NCBI GenBank assembly: GCA_028023455.1
Contig: JAQFVV010000004.1
Span: forward strand, 6,572,001-6,636,000
Direction of reading: 5' to 3'
Source of the DNA: Epiperipatus broadwayi
Taxonomy: Eukaryota > Animalia > Onychophora
DNA length: 64,000 nt
Shown piece by piece: positions 53,168-63,961 of the stretch; within the stretch, counting starts at the first letter, position 1, and the number at the start of each line of letters is the position of its first letter. The position numbers and the translations under genes are program-made. The notes under the pieces are model-generated. The model worked only from the letters and a program-made list of their open reading frames with translations, had not been told where the DNA came from and searched no databases.

Positions 53168-55019
53168 TGATTATTTAGCTTTTCAACATGTGTATGATCA
53201 GGTGGTCAGCAATATGAGATGGCAGGGAGAGCTGAGGGTCATGTGAAAGTCTGAGTTCTAATCCCTTAAATATATTCTGAAAAATATCCTTTGATATGAC
53301 AAGAACCTTATAAATCTTAGGAAATTATAACCTAGATAATGAGAAGATTAAGTTCTTAATTTTCTTTTCAATCACTTTAAATTAAAAAGAACATTATCAA
53401 ACCTATATTACAATTTTTATTTCTTTTCGAAATCACTTTAAAACTCTCCTAAAACTCTCTTACCATAAAAGTAAAAGTTGGAATTAGTATACTTCCTAAG
53501 GTAATACTAGTTTTTATTTCAAATGTATTAGATTTTATATTACTTGTAATGATTTTTCAATGACATAGAACTTGTATAATATTAATAAACTCCCATGAAC
53601 AACCAGCTAATTTTAAATATTTAAAACTTTCTTGTAACACTTCTTTTACATTTTCTCTAATGTTTCTTGAGTATCTAAAATCACACTGAGTTTCTGGTAA
53701 TCACTCATGTGTGACTAAAAGCAATCTAGTCATTAAAATCCTTGAAAACATTTTGCTGTGGTAGTATGAATATATTCCATAAGTAGTATAGACTTTTGTA
53801 CCCATTTTATTTCTATTATAAATTCTTAAGATCAGGTAGCACAAGTTCATAGATTCTCATATTTCTAAAAAAAAAAAAAAAAACTTCAATAGTTTTGAAG
53901 ACAGCATTATCACCATATTTTAAAACTTTATCAGGTATCCCATCAGAAATTGGAAGCTTTTTCATTTTTAAGATTACAAAGAGTATTTAATTTATCAATC
54001 TAATAACAACATAGTAAAATGAATACATCATTAAAAGCAGTCATATGAAAGCAATATTATTCAAAAGATGATAAAAAATTCTCTAAAATATCAGAATGCT
54101 ATTCATTGATTTAATAAGATTATGATGTTGCCTTTTTAGGTTTATATGCTATTTTCATTACATAAAAAAGATTTTTAAAAATCACAATCAGTAAACAAAT
54201 ACTTATTTTACAGTTTTAATCTTCTAATCATTTTTAAATGCCCATGTTAGTCATGGAATTTATGCATTTTAATTCCTATATTATTTATGAAATTCCGTGT
54301 TCCTTTTTATTATTTTGCCAAGTTAGAGACTGTAATATTTTCCCCTTGTAATAAAATCATTAATAGCAGGATCATTTCCAAATAATCTTTTTAATGAATA
54401 CTAGACCAGATTTATTTATATTCATAAAAAACTCTTTAAATTTTAAGAATTCCATGACAAACTTAAAATTCAAACTGAAACTTTAATGATTAACAACTAT
54501 TGAAATTTAGCTGCTGTTCCAAGAACAAATAATAAATTTTCTACTAATACTTTAGGAATGTGATTTTTTAAAATTTTTATATATCATTTTGATGTTAGAA
54601 AATATTATTCCATATGTCTAACAATCTTACCTATAAGATGCTTGTGCAATCTTAATATATTTTAAATATTATAGTACAATCTATGAGATTCCATTATTTT
54701 GAGCATGGATGCAACTAAGTTTTTTTACAGCTTTTTTTTTTTTTTAAAAAACCTAAACAAAGTATGTGGAATTGTGAATCTATGAGTCACACAAAATTTC
54801 AATAACAACACATTAGAATCACAAAAACATTATCATTACTTCCAATAATTTTGAATCACAATTTACAACTTCTACTAACATATGAAACCTTCAAGTGATT
54901 AACAGTAGCGAACAAAGAATTTCTGATAAAAAACTAAAATCCTATTATTTGTAAAAATAATATGCTGTACTATATTTCGTATTTTATAAGTTATAATCTT
55001 TTGGCATATTAATGAAAAG

Positions 55020-55430
55020 TAGGTTAATTACGTTTTTTTTGAACATAGAAATCGTAAATTTCTTTCATAGACTTATAACAAATGTAAATTGCATTTTGAT
55101 TTTTGAAAGATTTATATAAATTGTGATAACGTATGTTAATGCAAAGTATTTACTCACATTACTTGATTTTGATTTTCTATTAAATGTTAAACATTGATCA
55201 AAATTAGGATTTTGATTTTTAAATACTCGATGCAATTGCAAACTTTGCATTTTGATTTTTTAATTAATGATGAAATTTGCAATTTTGTAACTGTCTTTTT
55301 TTGAAACCACATGTTGATAATCGGTGTCATTTATCATTTGAATGTGTCAGCGGGGATTTTGGGCGAGTTATAAAATTCAAAATGGCGTCAAGCACGTACT
55401 ATATCGGTACCCCAATGGTCTCTAGTCTTT
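55020..55430. promoter_or_regulatory. CpG-enriched island with TATA-like and YY1-like motifs
   Basis: About 10 CpGs in about 400 bp against a depleted background; TATAAAA at 55369; CAAAATGGCG at 55378. Confidence 0.3.
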
Positions 55431-56041
55431 TAAGATTATTCAACAAAGAATAAACACTATTTTTTACTTGAGCTTTCTGAATGTTGGAGCACAAAAACTA
55501 ATAAAATAATAAGTATTATTATGCAAAACATTTTTTAATATCATTCATTTTTTAATGAAACATCTAAAAATTCTAGGAATAGAAGATACCAATTTAGAGT
55601 TCATAGAAAGTCTTTTCACTTAATGGTCTGCCCTTTTAAATTAAACCTATAACTATTTCCTTATGTTTAATTAGCATTTTTTTTTACGGAGGAAAAGTTA
55701 TTTTAATCAATTTGTATTCAGAAACCTTTTTGCATGAATGATACAAAATTGGAAATAGTTACAAAAGTGTTGTACACTTTTCTGTGCTAAGCTCATATTT
55801 TATGATGATAATGATGATCAATTAAATAGATATGTCAAGCTCAGTTAGCTACTTTGATACTTTAATATCACATGACCATGTCTATTCTTAGCAACTCATC
55901 AACATAGAATAAGGAAGTGATTTTAATTATATTCAAGGTACGATTAATATTGAATGCTGAACAGACCTATTAATCGTAATTTGAAATGAGAATGAAATGC
56001 CAAACAAAATAGATATATTTGATTAAAATAACCGAATGTAG

Positions 56042-56092
56042 TTTTTTTTCTTTTTTTCATGTGTCAAATCATCCGCCGGGAAGCGAACCCGC
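56042..56092 (-). mobile_element. tRNA-Gly SINE 3' fragment
   Basis: B box, TTTGACACATG tail and A-tail. Confidence 0.8.
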
Positions 56093-56900
56093 TTTGCAAA
56101 GAGATGTTTGATACATGTTGAGAGTGTGAACAATTTTTAATATTTTAAAAGTTATAAGTATTGCGATGATGGATTTCCCCAGTCAGTCTCAAAATTTGGT
56201 TATAAAGAATAAGAGTCAAATTATATTATTAACATTTTTATTAATTATAATATATATATTGAGACTAAAGTAAACGAGAGTTAGCTAAAGAAACAAATAG
56301 AAACAGACACTAATAGATAAAACAAACAAAAATGTGAGAAAATTCAAAATCAGTATTTTGTTTAGCTTAAATGAAAACATTTTTTATTAGTTTAATAATT
56401 TAATGTAGTTGAAAAAAAAAATCATGTCATTTATCAATAAATGAATTGACCTGATAAAGGAGAGTTCAATCAATTATAAAATAATTAATTTTATTAAATG
56501 TTACATAAAAATGAATCCTTTTTCCGATTTATATCATTACTGTATATTGAATTTTAAAATTGAACCGATTAAAAATATAATGTATATAATCACCATCATC
56601 AGTTGCAATCATTCATACATGAGTAGGAGTACCCCCCCCCCCCACACACACACAAAAAAAAGTATAAAAAGTTTATGATGAAGCTTTGTAATATACAACT
56701 GTATCCACAGATCACAAACACACCCATATATTATATTGTTTTATTTATTTTTTTAAGTCTGTTTACTTATCATTTTGTGCTGCTGCATTTTATCCTTTTT
56801 ATAGTGAATTTTTCTTGATAAAGATCTTTGACATTTTGTCTCTTTCCAAAAAAAAAAAAAAACATTATTCCCAAGTTTACCACAAAAATTACTTTTTATC

Positions 56901-56990
56901 TATTTGCAATACCCAATCCAATGAAGGACCCTTGCAATTGTGGATTATTTGCAATACCCAATCCAATGAAGGACCCTTGCAATTGTGGAT
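56901..56990 (+). repeat. Perfect 45-bp tandem duplication
   Basis: 56901-56945 is identical to 56946-56990. Confidence 0.95.
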
Positions 56991-57684
56991 TAATATCATC
57001 ATACTTAGCAAGCCAAAAACATATTGAAACAGTGGCATTTAATATATTATATTATAGTTAGGATATGAATACAAAAGAAGCTCATATTATACATACACTA
57101 TGCAGATTGTTAGATGGAGCATAGATTAGTATGTTCCAAGATTAAAATGATAGATGCATTGAAAATAGATCTTATTCTAATCATATTCACAATAAAGTTG
57201 ATGTTCATTCTTTAAAAGTATCTACTATTTATATTAAATTTTAATAGCTATTAAACAGTAAAATTGCTCATTTGAACTTCAAGATTGTCATCTTTAATAA
57301 AACATGAAATTCTCTTATAGAGTGTCTTATGGATGCAAGCAAATCTATTCTTGGGTTCAGTAAAAAAAAAGAAACATGACTAGTTTTTTTGGCAATCATC
57401 TTATTATTAGTGTGATTTCACTAAAAGGAAACAGATGATATATGCTGATTGACAGAATAAATTTAATGTGGAATTTTGTAATATAGATTTAAAAGCAGAA
57501 GTTCAACAACTAATAAGAAAGGTTAAAAATAATTGATGGAGTAAAATAATAACCTGAGAACAGTATTACCATCCTATTAAATCCAATAGTGACTGACTCT
57601 TATATGATAGCAATGAGATTTTGAGCAGGTAGAAAGATTATTTTGAGTCTGAATGATATAAAAATTGAGATAATGATGTTTAAT

Positions 57685-59388
57685 GGTACTTTGATATTAG
57701 TCCTGGTATGATGTATTACTCCGATCATGTTTTTGTCCGGGAATATTTATTCAAAATTTAAATTAACGATGTCATGGCAATCAAAATAGTGGCATGACTA
57801 ATCCATGTCAACAATTAAGATATATACATGGTGACCTGTGAGATGCTGCCTGTGAGATTTTATGCTATCATCACTATCTTTTGTGTTATCACATCGTCAA
57901 TGCTAACACTGTGATTGTTTCACTGAGATATTCTTCAGAGATTTTTTCTGCCTGTGATTTTTAAAACTTTTTCATTTGTGATTTTAGCAATTTTGTAATT
58001 TCAGACATTTTTAAAAATTAGTATAAAAATGTGAGAATTACCTGCTTCAGAAGAGGAAATGATCAATTTATTTCAGAAATATAAATTTTGCCAGCAAAAA
58101 AATTGTATGACAACAGCCATGATATGAAAATGTACATCTATACTTCTGACAAACAATGGCATGTTACTCTACAAATTGCCTCAAAAAAGTAATCATTCAC
58201 AAGAGAACTTGGTTTGAGAGCTCAAGAATTAAGTTTGTAACTGCACTATGCTTCATGTATAGCTAGTATCGACAATTCATGTCCATCAAATAATGTGATG
58301 AATAGCAGGAAATGGCCACCAAAACCATAGTTGATTGGAACAATTACTTACATGAAGTATATACATGAAGGTTGTTAGGCACAGAGAGACAGAAAATTGG
58401 AGGTCCAGAGAAAATAGAGATTGATGAAAGCCTTTTTATGAAACATAAAAAAAAGTTCAGCAAAGTACTTTCAGAAGAGTGGATATTTGGTAAAATTTGT
58501 AGGGAGATGGAGAAATGTTTTATAATTAAAATTAAAGACAGAACTGTAATCACTCTCATGCAAGCCCATCAAAGAAAATGTGGAGAAGAGAGGAATTGTG
58601 AGATGCCAATGTGGAGAAGAGAGGAATTGTGAGATGCCAGTTATGAACACTTTGCAATTAATCACACATATAGCTTCATCGACTCCTCAGCTAGTGTGCA
58701 CATACAAAATATTGAAAGGCTATGGGATTTGGTCAAATGGCAAAATAAAAACACAAAAGAACAGCATGTCAACATCTGGATTCATATTTGATTGAATTCA
58801 TGTGAAGGCAAATATATAAAAAAAGACCTTTTCCTTTTCATTCTAAAACACACTGCACAGTTCAGTCCATCACACTGATTCTCCTCATTTGTAAGTAAAT
58901 TTTTTTTTTACAGAAATATTTGTTTTTCTTTTGAAAATAATTTTTAAAATATTATCTTACACTCACACTTCACAATTTTAAAGTTACAGTTCACCATTTT
59001 TTTAGATTGAACATGCAATTTATAATGGCACAAAGTGCCGCAGTATGCAGGGAGAGGCAAGAATATTTTTGGCTACATGCAGTGTTGTTCCATAAATACA
59101 CAACTTGTAAGTACCTGTATATTGAAATTTTTAATGTCTTTTTACCTTTTCCCCATAATTAATGTCTCCATTATTTTTTTAATATTACATGTGATATGAC
59201 ATATTACATCCAGTGACATATTATTCTAAGTTTGATATGTTTAAAATAATGCCTCCATGATATCTGTGGATACAATTTATTGATTAAGTTTGTCTGCAAT
59301 TATTTGGAGATGTTATCTTAAAGATTGCAAACTTATGATAATATACTGTAGGAGTAATACATCTGAGCAGGACTAATACCAAAGTACC
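57685..59388 (+). mobile_element. Merlin (IS1595/ISXO2-like) DNA transposon, degenerate
   Basis: About 38-bp TIRs GGTACTTTG(A/G)TATTAGTCCTG...GATGTATTACTCC; TSD not recognisable. Confidence 0.85.
58372..58860 (+). pseudogene. Merlin DDE transposase remnant
   Basis: IEIDESLF...WIFGKICRE..KCFI..KDR and YEHFAINH.YSFID...HIQNIERLW motifs; frame broken by a 31-bp duplication (58577-58638). Confidence 0.88.
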
Positions 59389-59559
59389 CTTTTATGATAT
59401 ATATATATATTATTTACTCATTTAGATTCAGACAAAGGTGGTAAGCTCAATAAAGTCAAAATGATTTGGGAATATTAAAAATAGAAAAGCTACAGATTCT
59501 AACCAAAAATATAGAAAAGTTTTAAATTATGGTGGTGATATACTAGTTTCGAAAATATT

Positions 59560-60780
59560 GGAATTGTTTTAGAAATGTTACTCATTATTTTGGGCCACCT
59601 ATTTATCTTAAATTTTTTTTTATTATTCCAATTTTACAAAAAGGGATAGATTATTATTATATCTTTATTATCCACTACAGCAAAGATATATTTAAGAATA
59701 AATGGTTACCAGGGACTCAGCATAGTTTTAGAGAATCAAGAAGCAGCATAAATATGGGTTTTGTTTGCAAGATGAATGCTAGTGCTGGGAACAAAAAGTG
59801 ATTCATATATTGCTTTTATTGATCTTATCATGGCACTTGAATCAGTTAATTGACAAATTTATAGCATTCTTTAAAAGTAGCCTCCCAAGCTTATGCATAT
59901 TATATAGTTACATGATAGAATGGTAGGAATTGTTATTAGTACAGGTGGAAATTTAGAGACATTAGAAATTAAAACTGATGTTAAACAAGAATATATATTT
60001 ACTCCAACATTCTTTTCAATTTTTATGACAATTGTCTTTGGAACTATTTATAGGTGATTTAAAGAAATAGTGATTAAGATGTGGTACATGTTTAATGGTA
60101 AAATTTATTAATGTGAATCAATCAAAAGTAAAAACTACAACTTCCATGTTGATTCGGTATTTACCATATGCTGATGATTATTTTATTTTTTCCAAATCAA
60201 AAGACTATTTACAGAATGTATTTAATGTTTTGCATGCAACATTTAAAGATTCTGATTTAATAATTAATGTTCAAAAAACCCACTTAAAATTCCTTGATAG
60301 TTTAATAAGTAAATGGATGAACTGAGATGTTGAGGTGTAGTACAGATTTCATTATGCTGTTTATTAGCAATTAATTTAGCTATATAGACAGTTCTTATTT
60401 TACCTAATTTATTGTATGGAAATGAGACTTAGATACCCTATTGATGCAATATAAAGATATTTAAGAATGCTTCATCATATTTTAAAAATACAATGGCAAG
60501 ATTATAAAATCAGTCAATATATTATGCAATTTGTTGAAAAGTTATAATAAAATCACACATTCAATGATTGGAAATATAAAATGAATGAACAATGCAAGAT
60601 ATCATGGGAGGTATACTCCATCTATGTTATAAGGATTATCTCAAAGACATTCTATTGGAAAGATATGACAGAGTAGAATACATTGGAGAATTCAAATATA
60701 CATATTAATTGAAATATTTCAGAAAGAAAAGTTTACTATTGAAAACATTAAGACAGCTTTTCAAAATATTAAATAAAATT
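59560..60780 (+). mobile_element. Degenerate RTE/BovB-like LINE RT region
   Basis: VKQEYIFTPTFFSIF and LPYADDYFIFS RT motifs. Confidence 0.7.
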
Positions 60781-61302
60781 AGTGACCAGTATGTTCCCTA
60801 TATGTGAATATATTTGTGGTTCACCAATTGGTTTGTATATTCATTGCAAAACTTATTTCTAGAATAGTTTTTTTATTTCTTTTCTTTCCTTGAAATGGCC
60901 ATATTAGTTTATGGGTGAAGGCTATGTATGTATGCATATAGAATAGCATTAAATAAAATTTCTCTAGAATCTTTGTACAATGTCAATAAGAAATCCATAT
61001 GCTACATATGTATAGCAAATTTCACATAATAATAATTTTAATTCTAAGAAATAATACTCCTTTATGTTGTTTATCTTATAATCAATGAAATATAATATAA
61101 ATCTTTATTATATAATAATAACAACTTGTAAATACATCAACAGAAAAATTATATATATAAAAGCCTTTTTCGGTAATTCTAAATTTTTTTACTCTTCTCA
61201 ATATGATACCTCGTATTAATACTAACACGTATATTACGTATATAGTGACATCTACTGACATTTCCTATAATTCATTATTTTTATCATTTTATTTATTTCC
61301 TT

Positions 61303-61790
61303 TTATATTACTTTCCATTCTTTATCCATTACCCAATCATTTATTAAATCAATTGACTTTTTGTAAATGTTCATACATGTATTTATATTATATTTTATAT
61401 AATTTGTTTCATATATTTTTCTTCTATTCATTTCCTTTGTATAATTTAATGGTCTTATGTTTTTAATACAATCTATTTTATGTCCAAATTTTAAATAATG
61501 AACATATAATGCTGATCTATCATTTCTCCTTTCAATCTCACTATTATGTTCTTTTGCCCTTTGTTCTAATTGTTTTGATGTTTGTCCATAGTAAACCATT
61601 TTACATATCCCACAAGTAATTTTATATACCGTTCCCTTTATATATTTCATATCATCTTTAATCTTATAATTTCCTATTAATATATCTAAATTTTTACTAT
61701 TAGACCATCCTATTTTTATATTTTTATCCATATAATTTTTATTTTTAGTTAATATATCATAAATTTTAGGTATATATTATATTTCATTGA
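61303..61790 (-). mobile_element. Penelope-like element GIY-YIG endonuclease remnant
   Basis: GTVYKITCGICKMVYYGQTSKQLEQRAKEH...SALYVH...R..YE..YI in an open 142-aa frame. Confidence 0.88.
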
Positions 61791-61807
61791 TAATAATAAT
61801 CCTATAT

Positions 61808-62261
61808 CAGGGGTGGGCAAATAGTGGCCCAAGGGCCACATGCAGCCTACTAAGAGTTTTTTTGTGGCGCATCAAGACAGTCAAAAAATTCTGTCTTGAA
61901 CTGAGATTTCCTTCCTGTGCATGACTGAAAATTTGTCTCATATTTTCCATTAGGACAGATATGCATGCACAGTATAGATACGATGTGCAGTGCTTTTCCA
62001 GTTGATCTGGTTAATTTCAATTTTGTCTTTGCAACAGTAAGTATATAAATTTCCAACTTTAGTGAAACCATGAATCATCCGAAAAAACATAAAATTGATG
62101 ATGAATGTCATGTGTTTAATGAAGAATGGACAAACAAATATTTCTTTGGGAATACAGAGAATAAAGCCATGTGTTTATTGTGTCATAAAAAAAGGTGCAG
62201 CCCTTCGCTAACCTCCGCTTCCACAAAATGACCCTAGAGCCAAAACAATTGCCCACCCCTG
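61808..62261 (+). mobile_element. Internally deleted hAT (Charlie/SPIN, GTF2IRD2-type) transposon
   Basis: CAGGGGTGGGCAA TIRs, TSD TC(C/T)TATAT, N-terminal MNHPKKHKIDDECHVFNEEWTNKYFF...AMCLLC at 62070. Confidence 0.9.
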
Positions 62262-62717
62262 TCTTATATATAAATAATTTAGTCAAAATAATTATATCTT
62301 TATGATGAAATAGCATGTATTTTAATTGTTAAATGCAACAACAATATATTGAAAACTATGCAATATCTCAACATCAAATTCTAGATTTCTATTTAAAAAA
62401 AAAAAAAACCTAAAGAACTTTTAAACTGATCCATATTATCAAACTAATTATCATTGTAGTGAAACATTGATGGAAATTTTGCTTCCATTACTAACTGATA
62501 AAGCATTTTTTTTAATGTTAATTATCGAACCAATTCTTATTTCAACAGTACTTTGGAACTCTTATGAAATAAATGTATCAGATTTTTTTTTTTTAATATT
62601 TTATTTACATATGTACTATGCATTTGTGTATATAATTAAGACAATACTGGACTTCATGTAATCTTGATTTTTATCTCACTTAATATTCTCTGATATTTAT
62701 AACTAACTATACAGTAT

Positions 62718-62826
62718 ATGTCAAGTGTTGGAGGCCTAGAGATTAGCATAGCTGCCTTCCAAGCAGCTGGCCCAGGTTCACTTCCTGGTCAACGCTTTGA
62801 CACAAACACACACACACATATATATA
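62718..62826 (+). pseudogene. tRNA-Gly(TCC) retrocopy or founder-like SINE copy
   Basis: AGCATAGCTGCCTTCCAAGCAG matches metazoan tRNA-Gly(TCC); decayed boxes; (CA/TA)n tail; 14-bp TSD TAACTATACAGTAT (62704-62717 and 62827-62840). Confidence 0.88.
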
Positions 62827-63116
62827 TAACTATACAGTATTTGATTTTTTTTATATTCAATATACAAATAATATTCAATACTATTTTCCATAATTTGGTA
62901 CTTATTTTTAATCAAAATGTTGGAGTTAGTGGTTTTATTTTCTCCAATTTTTTACTAATATTTATGAATATGCATAGACTACAATTATTCTATAAAAAAG
63001 AAAGTATAAAATCTTTTTTAATATATATTATACATGTATAAAAAGATCACATATTTGAAATAAAAATCTTAACTGTAGTCTAGTTACAAAACTCTCTACT
63101 GATTTTACAAATAGAG

Positions 63117-63324
63117 CATCACATGATCGCCATCTCTTATACTAGCATATAATTGTTATTAAACAAGGTTTCTCACTGACAAAGGCCACAAGCCAGAAAC
63201 TAGTCTGGGGATATTGGATGAGTAGGCACTAAATAGGGATTTTATGCACAAGCCTTCTGGCATCCATTGATTACTCTGGTTGGGACAGGGTGGCACTACT
63301 GTATGAAGAGAGTTTTTGCCTTGT
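63117..63324. mobile_element. HHR family B composite insertion B4
   Basis: Antisense 3' end piece followed by a sense arm starting at HHR stem I; 14-bp TSD TTTTACAAATAGAG (63103-63116 and 63325-63338). Confidence 0.92.
63171..63210 (+). ncRNA. Hammerhead motif, family B (G8>A by CpG decay)
   Basis: TCTCA-CTGACAA-aGGC(cacaa)GCCa-GAAA-CTAGT-C-TGGGG. Confidence 0.72.
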
Positions 63325-63961
63325 TTTTACAAATAGAGTGCAGCTCTTTTTATGAAGATGTATTATTAAATAAAAATTATTGAAAAAATATGTTTCAGAA
63401 TGGTTTTCCTCTTATTATTATTTTACACAGATTACAATCTATGAAAGTACTAAAAAGTTTGATATTATTATTTGACACCTCAAATAACTGATTACATGGA
63501 CACAATATATGAATATACTTGTGAAGAAATAAACTTAAAATATTTATACCATAGTAATTTTCATGATAGTTACATCTGGAATACATTTCCATTTAAATGT
63601 GATTATATATTCCTACTGCTATATATTTAATAGCTTTTGTTTATCTAAGGAATTATTAAAATTTACAACTTAATTGTTATATGTAACTGTGATTAGGTTT
63701 GAATGAGATTTTATAAAGATTGTCTTTCATGTAAAGTTTCACACTTTTGAGTAACAATGATTGATTTATCCATATAGAATTTTACTTGAAGTTTATTAAA
63801 ATACATCTAGAAAATATAACTTGTGAATTATTAGTGAATTTGGCTTTATTTTCCAAAAAAATATTATATATCCTGAGCTCTTTCTATTCAATAACATTGT
63901 TTATTTGTAAAATTATTAAAATACAAAGTAAATATTATTTACTGTTTTACTAAATCCATTT

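Larger units (their letters stand above)
52868..53265. mobile_element. HHR family A composite insertion A7 (two HHRs)
   Basis: Inverted arms around 53083-53107; candidate TSD TTAAATATATT (52857-52867 and 53266-53276). Confidence 0.88.

Noticed and set aside
56901-56990. CRISPR-like repeat, or coding repeat PNPMKDPCNCGL
   Set aside because: Two abutting copies with no spacer, in a eukaryotic context; the piggyBac-like resemblance of the peptide is too weak to call.
451-63592. Most short ORFs in the supplied track as host genes
   Set aside because: They are low-complexity AT-rich frames, antisense shadows of TE ORFs or frames through repeats; I found no coherent splice or codon evidence.
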